From: a virus
Taxonomy: Duplodnaviria > Caudoviricetes
DNA: 41,245 bases
IMG/VR virus record: IMGVR_UViG_3300033406_000399
Span: 1-41,245 of that record
Strand: one strand, 5' to 3'
In this document: one piece after another, positions 1 through 6,758 of the stretch
How the letters are laid out: each line of letters begins with the position of its first letter
How positions within the stretch are numbered: position 1 is the first letter of the stretch
The notes under the pieces: model-generated
What the model was told of the DNA's origin: nothing
Database searches by the model: none
Seen by the model: the letters and a program-made list of their open reading frames with translations, nothing else
Program-made: the position numbers and the translations under genes

Positions 1-162
1 ATGCTTAAAACAAGAAGCGGAGTTACTATTTTAGGGTCGGCAGATGATCCTAGATTGGCAGCAGAATTTAAAAAAATGCTTGGAGCTGCTAAGAAAGAGA
101 AATTGGATCGTCAACAGGATTCTTATAAACAGCGTTTACTTTCTCGCCAGGAATCCTACTAA
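1..162 (+). CDS. possible 53-aa hypothetical protein (MLKTRSGVTILG...)
   Basis: Open frame read manually from ATG at 1 to TAA at 160-162; upstream RBS is outside the window; overlaps the convergent gene by 74 nt. Confidence 0.35.
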   Translation: MLKTRSGVTILGSADDPRLAAEFKKMLGAAKKEKLDRQQDSYKQRLLSRQESY

Positions 163-349
163 AATATTGTGGATCTAGCGGAACCATATAAGCGGGCTTT
201 TCCGTACCGTCAGTTTGCTGTTGCCACTCAAAGACAAGATGAGGAATTTCATCAATATAAATAGTGTCAACAATAGCAACTAAACTTTTCCCCGCCCGTT
301 TAACAATGCATTGAGTTTTTAACACTTCATATTCAGTTTCATTATCCAT
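89..349 (-). CDS. hypothetical accessory protein (86 aa)
   Basis: ORF with AAGGAG RBS; last gene of the leftward operon. Confidence 0.75.
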   Translation of the reverse strand: MDNETEYEVLKTQCIVKRAGKSLVAIVDTIYIDEIPHLVFEWQQQTDGTEKPAYMVPLDPQYFSRIPGEKVNAVYKNPVDDPISLS

Positions 350-376
350 TTTTATTTCTCCTTTATCTCCTATTAT

Positions 377-691
377 TTACTGGTTTCTTTGAGTAAGTTT
401 CCCGTACTCGCAATAAGCTCTATTGTAGAGGTTTACGAAATTGCCTAAAAGTCCTCCTAGTAGCCACACTAAAGTCATTACCCACAAGAAACCAGTATAC
501 CAAGGCGTTAAAAAATAAGATAATGCTAAAGCTATTATAAGCGTTATGGGGTTAATAAAAATCAAAAGTTCGCCACCGGCAATTAGCAATATACCTGCAA
601 TTATCATTAAATAGTCAATACCGCTTATATATCCAACGAGAAATAGAATAGCCCCAATTGTATTACTAATAAGTGAGAATAAAAAATACAC
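377..691 (-). CDS. multi-pass membrane protein
   Basis: GGAGGG RBS before GTG; about 4 hydrophobic segments. Confidence 0.8.
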   Translation of the reverse strand: MYFLFSLISNTIGAILFLVGYISGIDYLMIIAGILLIAGGELLIFINPITLIIALALSYFLTPWYTGFLWVMTLVWLLGGLLGNFVNLYNRAYCEYGKLTQRNQ

Positions 692-714
692 AGTACCCTC
701 CTAAACGTATTTAT

Positions 715-948
715 CTATGGTCTGCACACTTTGCATGGTTCATAGCCTTTTTTTATAGCCTCTTCACGAGTAGAAAAAGTAATTTTATTTCCTGCTGAAA
801 TTTTATGCGCCCATTGACAGTCTGGCCTATGGAACTTAGCAGAAGTTGAACTGGCGACATACGCAGCCTGTGATGACTGGGTTGGCGTGGTTGTCCCACA
901 CCCTGTTAATAATAAGGTAGTAAGAAGTATAAGTGCCAATCGTTTCAT
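715..948 (-). CDS. lipoprotein with Ada-type metal-binding domain
   Basis: Lipobox LLTGC; FHRPDC...A..KGYEPCKVCRP Ada Zn-binding pattern; GGAGG RBS. Confidence 0.85.
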   Translation of the reverse strand: MKRLALILLTTLLLTGCGTTTPTQSSQAAYVASSTSAKFHRPDCQWAHKISAGNKITFSTREEAIKKGYEPCKVCRP

Positions 949-959
949 AATATTCCTCC

Positions 960-1217
960 CTATGGCATACTTGTTACATCAACATCTAATGGCGTATTAG
1001 TTATTTCTACAGATATAGGCTCATTTAATTGAGCGTGAGCAAGAGGCACTTTTAATGATAATTGTTTCTTTAGTTCTGGCTGTTTGGCGTTTACGAAATC
1101 CCCATAAGTCGGAGGTTTATTGATAAAAGTGCCAATAATTTGAACAAATAAAATGCCAGCTAATAAAATGCAGACTGTTAAGCGAAAACTGTTATCGCTC
1201 ACCGAAATCAACTCCAT
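960..1217 (-). CDS. single-pass membrane protein
   Basis: One N-terminal hydrophobic helix; overlaps the end of the upstream gene. Confidence 0.7.
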   Translation of the reverse strand: MELISVSDNSFRLTVCILLAGILFVQIIGTFINKPPTYGDFVNAKQPELKKQLSLKVPLAHAQLNEPISVEITNTPLDVDVTSMP

Positions 1218-1668
1218 TATTATCTTGTTGTGATGATTTCCTTAAATCTAGATAACTTTTAATTCCTGCGCCGACCCCAAATATTATAGAAATGCCGAGC
1301 GAAGAAAACTCTAATTGATGTATCTTCTCGTTAACATTATTTATCAGAGTTGTTAGTTCTTGTTTTGATGGATTATGGCCGTTGGGATATTCAACAGAAT
1401 AATTATCGCCAAAATCGTCTGGTATAGGTATATCTAGTTTGAGCAAAGTAAGTTCTGCTTCTTTTTGTTTAATTTGCATTTGCTTATCTGCTAGTTCATA
1501 ATTGGCTATTTCTTCATCGGTAGGTGGATATAAATTTAGTTTATCAGAATAAGCTGCTTCTAAACGGGTAATATCCTCATGATAATAGCTCCAAGCAAAA
1601 GGAAAAGTAACTATTAGACATACGATAAAAAATAAAATCCCGTGTGCAAATGCAATTTTCTTTGTCAT
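1192..1668 (-). CDS. membrane protein, two TM helices flanking a soluble loop
   Basis: Start moved to MTKKIAF (GGAGGAGG RBS); N- and C-terminal hydrophobic helices. Confidence 0.8.
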   Translation of the reverse strand: MTKKIAFAHGILFFIVCLIVTFPFAWSYYHEDITRLEAAYSDKLNLYPPTDEEIANYELADKQMQIKQKEAELTLLKLDIPIPDDFGDNYSVEYPNGHNPSKQELTTLINNVNEKIHQLEFSSLGISIIFGVGAGIKSYLDLRKSSQQDNNGVDFGER

Positions 1669-1806
1669 AAAACCCTCCTCCAAACATAAAGACACGGCTT
1701 GTCCAATTTGCCGTGTCTATTTATTTTGACTTGCTAGTCAAAATCATACCTCCTTTAAATGTTGATTTTGTATACTATTGCAATCACATTTAAGGTTAGG
1801 TGTTGT

Positions 1807-2007
1807 ATTATTATTTATCATATTTATTGCAGTGATTGGAGAAAGAAAAAAGGGTGGACACAAGAAGAGTTAGCTATAAGAGCGGAGATAGGCCCGTCAA
1901 CAATCGGCGAAATAGAGACATACCATAAAAGACCTAAGTTTGATGAGGTTGTCAAAATCGCCAATGCCTTGGGCATAACCGTAGAACAATTACAACAGAA
2001 ACCTTAA
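1807..2007 (+). CDS. XRE-family HTH regulator, start codon uncertain (possibly ATT)
   Basis: WRKKKGWTQEELA...IGEIE...P....KIANALG HTH_3 pattern; AGGTG at 1798-1802 precedes in-frame ATT codons. Confidence 0.75.
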   Translation: MIIYHIYCSDWRKKKGWTQEELAIRAEIGPSTIGEIETYHKRPKFDEVVKIANALGITVEQLQQKP

Positions 2008-2064
2008 ATATGGTTTAAGTGACAAAAAATGTCACTATTTGACGAGAAGATTCTGTAAATTTTT

Positions 2065-2092
2065 GCAGGAATTTGGAATTTTCCACACGAAT
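2065..2092 (+). promoter_or_regulatory. sigmaH-like promoter
   Basis: GCAGGAATTT ... CGAAT resembles the Bacillus sigmaH consensus (AGGA...GAAT). Confidence 0.45.
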
Positions 2093-2098
2093 TAACTG

Positions 2099-2155
2099 AC
2101 TCCCTATACCCAAATTTAGGCTACTTCAAAGGGTTGGCATATGGGTATAGGGAGT
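2099..2155. repeat. 14-bp perfect inverted repeat with 29-nt loop
   Basis: ACTCCCTATACCCA (2099-2112) / TGGGTATAGGGAGT (2142-2155). Confidence 0.9.
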
Positions 2156-2275
2156 GATGCTATCTATATAAATTTAGTCGAATTACTATTCGTAGCTTTG
2201 CATATTCTTTTAGACTTTGCACTAATATTTCTTCCAATTTTTACATTGATTCAAAGGAATTTTGGCGGTCAATGA
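2141..2275 (+). CDS. 44-aa hydrophobic peptide, type I toxin-like candidate
   Basis: Manual translation MGIGSDAIYINLVELLFVALHILLDFALIFLPIFTLIQRNFGGQ; start region lies in the hairpin stem. Confidence 0.4.
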   Translation: MGIGSDAIYINLVELLFVALHILLDFALIFLPIFTLIQRNFGGQ

Positions 2276-2287
2276 TGAAGTAGTTAC

Positions 2288-2301
2288 CAAACATATGTTC
2301 G
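2288..2301. promoter_or_regulatory. LexA/SOS box
   Basis: CAAACATATGTTCG differs by one base from the Firmicute consensus CGAAC-N4-GTTCG. Confidence 0.6.
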
Positions 2302-2332
2302 ATAATTCGTTGTGCAGACGGAGGTATACATC

Positions 2333-2431
2333 GTGGGTGATTCGAAGAATACTGATACTCTTGAATTGTTGGGAAGATTATTATTAGATCAAATTATTAC
2401 GAAGAAGAAAGCTTTGAAAGCGAATCAATAA
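2333..2431 (+). CDS. 32-aa peptide downstream of the SOS box
   Basis: GGAGG RBS then GTG; MGDSKNTDTLELLGRLLLDQIITKKKALKANQ. Confidence 0.45.
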   Translation: MGDSKNTDTLELLGRLLLDQIITKKKALKANQ

Positions 2432-2816
2432 TTAATCCTAGAGCTTTCCGGTGTTCAGCCGGAAGGCTTTTTAATTTGCCGAGGAGTTCAACTAATTCTT
2501 TTTCTTGTTCATCGGCTGACATTTTTAATAAATCTTGATAGGCTTCTTTTTCTTCTTCGTTCATTTCCATAGTTTTATATTTTTCCATAATCTGAGGTAG
2601 CAAATTAGCTGCCTCAGATTTATTATCGTCAAACTCAGACATCGAAACGCCAAGAGCTTGCGCTATTTTTTGAAGAGTAGCAGTTGTTGGAGATGGATTT
2701 TTGCCAGATTCTATTTGGCTAATTCTTCCTTGACCAACTCCCGCTTCCTTAGCAAGCCGATATTGTGACAAGCCCCTTTTTTCTCTTAGTTCAATAATCT
2801 TCTTGCCAATATTCAT
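2397..2816 (-). CDS. CI/ImmR-like XRE repressor without S24 peptidase domain
   Basis: HTH_3 N-terminus, helical C-terminus; divergent from the cro-like gene; start at MNIGKK after GAGGTG. Confidence 0.9.
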   Translation of the reverse strand: MNIGKKIIELREKRGLSQYRLAKEAGVGQGRISQIESGKNPSPTTATLQKIAQALGVSMSEFDDNKSEAANLLPQIMEKYKTMEMNEEEKEAYQDLLKMSADEQEKELVELLGKLKSLPAEHRKALGLIIDSLSKLSSS

Positions 2817-2837
2817 GTTACACCTCATATACATTCT

Positions 2838-2919
2838 CGTATGTATTATACATTGCAAAAATAAATTTTAAAATACTTACGAATTGGTATTGACATACAT
2901 ACGAAGACGTAAGTATAAT
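2838..2919. promoter_or_regulatory. genetic switch: rightward sigmaA promoter with operator repeats
   Basis: TTGACA 2890-2895, 18 nt, TATAAT 2914-2919; half-site ATACWTACG or its complement at 2838, 2873, 2895, 2908; near-palindrome ATACATACG-N4-CGTAAGTAT at 2895-2916. Confidence 0.85.
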
Positions 2920-2941
2920 ATAAGTGAAAGGGGGGCAGTCA

Positions 2942-3154
2942 ATGAAACTACAAGAGCTATTAAAGAAGCTTATGATAAAACAAAATGTTTCACAATATCG
3001 TCTTGGAAAAAATTCTGGCGTTTCTCAAGCCCAAATATCGCGGATTTTGCAAGGGCAACAACCGACAGTACCGACACTTGAAAAAATAGCATCAGGGCTT
3101 GGTGTTAGTGTATCCGAATTGATCGGCGAGAAACCACAGCGAAAAACTGGATGA
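2942..3154 (+). CDS. Cro-like XRE regulator
   Basis: 70-aa HTH; first gene after the rightward promoter. Confidence 0.9.
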   Translation: MKLQELLKKLMIKQNVSQYRLGKNSGVSQAQISRILQGQQPTVPTLEKIASGLGVSVSELIGEKPQRKTG

Positions 3155-3209
3155 AGGGGGCGTGATCAGGACAAGGCGTTATTACATATGATCTATTGAG
3201 GTGGTGGCA

Positions 3210-3347
3210 ATGGTAGAGCTAGTTGATTGCCCAGTAACCGCAGCGGGGCAGGAACTATTTGACAGAGCGCTTGCCGAGGTATTTCGGCGGCGACTGATCA
3301 AAGCAGCGGAACAAGCAAAGGAAAAATCTAATGACCAAGCCGGTTAA
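3210..3347 (+). CDS. 45-aa hypothetical protein
   Basis: GAGGTGG RBS; MVELVDCPVTAAGQELFDRALAEVFRRRLIKAAEQ... (read manually). Confidence 0.6.
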   Translation: MVELVDCPVTAAGQELFDRALAEVFRRRLIKAAEQAKEKSNDQAG

Positions 3348-3376
3348 TTCCGGCGCGAGAAGGGAGTAGACAAGCT

Positions 3377-3487
3377 TTGTTGAGATTTTTAAGAAGATTA
3401 TTTGGTAAGCAAAAGCCCTTGCAAATTGTTCGGGTAACACCAGAACGGGCATGGGCGCGATACTGGGCGCGTGGTGGTCAGTGGTAA
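3377..3487 (+). CDS. 36-aa basic amphipathic peptide
   Basis: AAGGGAG RBS, TTG start; MLRFLRRLFGKQKPLQIVRVTPERAWARYWARGGQW. Confidence 0.5.
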   Translation: MLRFLRRLFGKQKPLQIVRVTPERAWARYWARGGQW

Positions 3488-3548
3488 AAGAGAAGCCCAC
3501 CCCTGGGAAGGAGGTAGGCCGTAAAGTGGGGAGGGTGTTAACCTCACG
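3486..3548 (-). ncRNA. candidate antisense sRNA with C-rich anti-SD loop
   Basis: Minus-strand TCGACT-18-TACAAT promoter with TG extension (3583..3554); hairpin with CACCCUCCCCA loop; then GC/GU stem and U-rich tail. Confidence 0.55.
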
Positions 3549-3582
3549 ATTAGATTGTAGCAGAGATTAGAGGTGAAAGTCG

Positions 3583-4041
3583 ATGTATCAAGATTGCCGA
3601 AAAAGTGCCGGAATATCACTTTTAACAGCCGAAGCACTTCTAAATATGGGCAGAAAGCGAATTGTCCGGATTGAATATGGCGAAGAAGAAGTGCCGCCGG
3701 ACAAAGTTGTATTGATGGATGACCTTTATCAGGCACAAAGCCGGCTGATGATGTGGCATTGTGGTAACGGTTGCAGCGTAGGGAAGTGTCTTGGTTATCA
3801 GTATTATGAAATATCTCCAAGTTTGGCAGGGGTAAAAATACTTAACTCAGCCGAGAACATCATAAAAAAGCGGCATGATCTCTTAACCATCTTGGATGAC
3901 GGTAAGATCACGCCGGACGAATTGCCCCGCTTGGAGGACTTATGCGAGGATTATAAAACTATCAGGGCTGCATCACTAGCCCTGGAGGTAGAAAAAGAAA
4001 AACACCGTTTGAGCGGTGCGGAAAAAGAATCTCACGACTAA
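3583..4041 (+). CDS. HTH-containing phage regulatory protein (CII-like position)
   Basis: N-terminal degenerate HTH, C..C.VG, C-terminal DDGKITPDE motif. Confidence 0.75.
   Translation: MYQDCRKSAGISLLTAEALLNMGRKRIVRIEYGEEEVPPDKVVLMDDLYQAQSRLMMWHCGNGCSVGKCLGYQYYEISPSLAGVKILNSAENIIKKRHDLLTILDDGKITPDELPRLEDLCEDYKTIRAASLALEVEKEKHRLSGAEKESHD
3992..4039 (-). ncRNA. candidate OOP-like antisense RNA
   Basis: Minus-strand TTGTCA-18-TATAAT with TG extension (4075..4046); CACCG/CGGTG stem followed by a U tract. Confidence 0.55.
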
Positions 4042-4068
4042 GTTGATTATACCATATGAAAGGGTGAA

Positions 4069-4368
4069 TTGACAATGTTAGAAAAAGCGGTTAGACCTTG
4101 GGCAACAAGGTTAGCTGATGCAGGTACAGAGGAGTTAGTAGCCGAGTTAAAACGGCGTGGAGATATAAATGAGCTGCTTAAAGCGGTGGATCGGTATGAC
4201 ATAGCAGAGCATTTGGCGGCTGATTATGATGTGCAAGAGGTAGTAACCAGGTTTGATAATGACAATTGGTCAGTGTGTGTAGAGGGCCAGAAACCAATAT
4301 TCGGCAGCGGAAAAGCTCAGGTATTGATTGTGTTACCGCAGTACGATAAGGCGAAGGTGGCTGTGTGA
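4069..4368 (+). CDS. hypothetical phage protein
   Basis: ORF with AAGGGTG RBS. Confidence 0.75.
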   Translation: MTMLEKAVRPWATRLADAGTEELVAELKRRGDINELLKAVDRYDIAEHLAADYDVQEVVTRFDNDNWSVCVEGQKPIFGSGKAQVLIVLPQYDKAKVAV

Positions 4369-4658
4369 TGGATATGAATGTTGTATACGACAATTACAAC
4401 AAGGAATGTCGTATTGCTCGATACAACTGCCAACCGAAGCCGAAAGTCATCTGGGGCAAGCCTGAGTCAAAGTTTGAAGCAGTACCATTTACGCCTTCTG
4501 ATGATAATACTTTAGCTCTAAGAATGTATTGGAAGGTTTGCAAAAGGGAACACGTTAACGGCTTTGGCTATTACGAATATAATACTGGCAAACATGATAT
4601 TTCAGAAGCCAGTAAAGATGTGATAAACGGCCTAATCAAAAAGTTGGGGGGCTACTGA
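4365..4658 (+). CDS. hypothetical phage protein
   Basis: Coupled ORF in the early operon. Confidence 0.7.
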   Translation: MMDMNVVYDNYNKECRIARYNCQPKPKVIWGKPESKFEAVPFTPSDDNTLALRMYWKVCKREHVNGFGYYEYNTGKHDISEASKDVINGLIKKLGGY

Positions 4659-5555
4659 ATGTTCAAAAAAGCCGAGCGACGCAAAATAAAATTACGGTTG
4701 GCCTTATGTGGGCCTTCCGGTTCTGGTAAGACCTATAGCGCGTTAAAAATAGCAAATGGTATTGGCGGCAAGATTGCCTTACTTGACACCGAAAACGGTA
4801 GTGGTTCGCTTTACAGTCACCTTTGCGATTATGATACAGCCGAAATAGCTCCACCGTTCACCGTTGAAAAATACATAGCGACAATCAAAGAAGCAGAGGC
4901 GGCAGGTTATGATGTACTGATAATTGACAGCTTGACACATGCTTGGGCTGGGCAGGGCGGTCTGTTGGAGGAAGTTGATAAGCGGCAAACTGGCAAGGCT
5001 AATTCTTTTGCCGCTTGGCGCGATGTAACGCCGATGCACAACAGATTAGTTGATACCATCCTGCAATCAAAGATGCACATTATCGTGACAATGCGGTCAA
5101 AGACAGCTTATGAGATTGAAACTGACGAACGTGGTAAAAAAGTACCAATAAAAAAAGGAATGGCTCCGATCCAGCGGGACGGACTAGAATATGAATTCAC
5201 GGTAGTCTTAGACCTGGACAATAAAAAACACGTTGCAGAGGCGGGAAAAGATCGTACAGGGCTATTTGACAGCAAGGTGTTTGTGCCAGATGAAAGTACC
5301 GGACAGCAGATTATGGAGTGGCTAGAGTCTGGAGCAGAGCCGCCAAAGCCGCGCATCACCGATATACAACGACGTAAGGTTTTTGCAATGAGTAAAGAGG
5401 CCGGAATTAAGCCGGACGAAATGAAAGACCATATCCATACTTCCTACAATGTGGAAAGCAGTAACGATATAACAGCCGATCAAGCGCAAGAGTTAATTGA
5501 ATGGCTTGATAAGCGGATTGTTGAACGGCAAGAACAACAAGAAGCAGCACAGTAA
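4659..5555 (+). CDS. Sak4/AAA_24-type P-loop ATPase (phage recombination protein)
   Basis: Walker A GPSGSGKT, LDTENGS, IIDSLTHAW, QRDGLEYEF. Confidence 0.85.
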   Translation: MFKKAERRKIKLRLALCGPSGSGKTYSALKIANGIGGKIALLDTENGSGSLYSHLCDYDTAEIAPPFTVEKYIATIKEAEAAGYDVLIIDSLTHAWAGQGGLLEEVDKRQTGKANSFAAWRDVTPMHNRLVDTILQSKMHIIVTMRSKTAYEIETDERGKKVPIKKGMAPIQRDGLEYEFTVVLDLDNKKHVAEAGKDRTGLFDSKVFVPDESTGQQIMEWLESGAEPPKPRITDIQRRKVFAMSKEAGIKPDEMKDHIHTSYNVESSNDITADQAQELIEWLDKRIVERQEQQEAAQ

Positions 5556-5653
5556 ATAAGGGGGCTTAATCGCCCCCAATACCCTTATACAAGTGGGACA
5601 AGCCTCACAAGAATATGATACCCAATACCTAAGAAGTTATGCGGGGAGGCGTA

Positions 5654-5863
5654 ATGATGGGGTGTGCTGATTATTTAAAAGGCTTTGCATATGCCAAAAC
5701 TTATCACCGGAGTGTACTTAATAAATCATCAGACGAAGATATAGCGTTTTTGATAAAGGATTTTAAGAGTCAGTATAGACAGCGTAGGGATTTTCAAGCG
5801 TTAGGTATGGCGGGTTATTATTGGCGGTTCCTGACCGAGAGACGAAAGCATGGAGCGGTGTAA
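5654..5863 (+). CDS. hypothetical protein
   Basis: GGGGAGG RBS before ATG. Confidence 0.7.
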   Translation: MMGCADYLKGFAYAKTYHRSVLNKSSDEDIAFLIKDFKSQYRQRRDFQALGMAGYYWRFLTERRKHGAV

Positions 5864-6056
5864 GATGTGTGGAAGGCCCATACACAAAGATGAATCAATC
5901 AGATGCAAACATGGGCCTGTGTGCAATAGAAAGTACATAGCAATGGGATCGCCGGTACAGACAGAGTTTGAGTTTAGAGAAAGCCGGTTGTTCAAGCCGG
6001 GAATGAGCTTGATGGAGCAACATAGGAAAGTTTGTGAAGTGATTCGGGGGCGGTGA
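5850..6056 (+). CDS. DUF6011-like zinc-finger protein
   Basis: CKMCGRPI...S....GPVC motif. Confidence 0.75.
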   Translation: MERCKMCGRPIHKDESIRCKHGPVCNRKYIAMGSPVQTEFEFRESRLFKPGMSLMEQHRKVCEVIRGR

Positions 6057-6065
6057 CGTTAAAAA

Positions 6066-6758
6066 ATGAAATGGTTTAGGATGTATGGAGAATTTGCTAA
6101 TGACCCAAAGGTACAGACGATGCCTGAGAATATGCAAAGGCGGCTAGTAATGTTGTTCTGTATGCAATGTAATGATGATCTTGATAGTGCAACGGATGAC
6201 GAGATTCTTTGCGTATTGCGGATAAGCAAGGCTGAATTAAAAAAGACTAAGCAGCTTTTTATAGATAAGGGTTTTATTAACGAACGTTGGCAATTGGTCA
6301 ATTGGGGAAAACGGCAATTTGAATCGGACAATTCAACAGAACGTAGTAAACGTTGCAGAGAGAAAAAAAGAAACGTTGATGCAACGTTGCAAGCACAACA
6401 AGAAAACGTTTCTGCAACGCCCCCAGATACAGATACAGATACAGATACAGAAACAGATACAGATACAGAATTATCATCCTATAATCCTTCTTCGGATGAT
6501 GCCGCCGCCGAGGTATATAAAACTTTCCAGAATGAGATTGGGGTAATATCCCCTTTGACTAAAGAGTATCTAGATGATGCTATTAGCGAGTACCCACCAA
6601 ATTGGATTGTGATGGCGATTAGTGAGGCTGTAACTCATAACGCCAGAAATTTTAAATATATCGACACTGTATTAAAAAGCTGGAAGGCTAATGGCTTTAG
6701 AGCAAAGCCAACTAGGGCCGCACCTGAAGCATATGGGGGAGGTTTACCACTAGCATGA
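6066..6758 (+). CDS. replication initiator (replisome organiser with DnaD domain)
   Basis: MKWFRMY..F.NDPKV N-terminus, NW.KRQ..SD, DT linker, C-terminal YI..VL.SW DnaD motif. Confidence 0.9.
   Translation: MKWFRMYGEFANDPKVQTMPENMQRRLVMLFCMQCNDDLDSATDDEILCVLRISKAELKKTKQLFIDKGFINERWQLVNWGKRQFESDNSTERSKRCREKKRNVDATLQAQQENVSATPPDTDTDTDTETDTDTELSSYNPSSDDAAAEVYKTFQNEIGVISPLTKEYLDDAISEYPPNWIVMAISEAVTHNARNFKYIDTVLKSWKANGFRAKPTRAAPEAYGGGLPLA
6348..6469. repeat. probable origin: iteron-like repeats plus (CAGATA)n microsatellite
   Basis: AAACGTTNNTGCAACG at 6371 and 6404, AAACGTTGCA at 6348; about 7.5 CAGATA units at 6424-6469. Confidence 0.65.

Noticed and set aside
3255-3820. Minus-strand ORFs of 81 and 140 aa
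   Set aside because: Overlap better-supported plus-strand genes and the sRNA unit; no protein-like features
5560-5577. GGGGGC/GCCCCC hairpin as a terminator
   Set aside because: No U tract on either strand; may be a pause or processing stem only
6424-6469. Tandem repeats as a CRISPR or DGR element
   Set aside because: 6-bp in-frame microsatellite with no spacers; no cas or reverse transcriptase genes, and no TR/VR pair noticed despite the BPP-1-like virion
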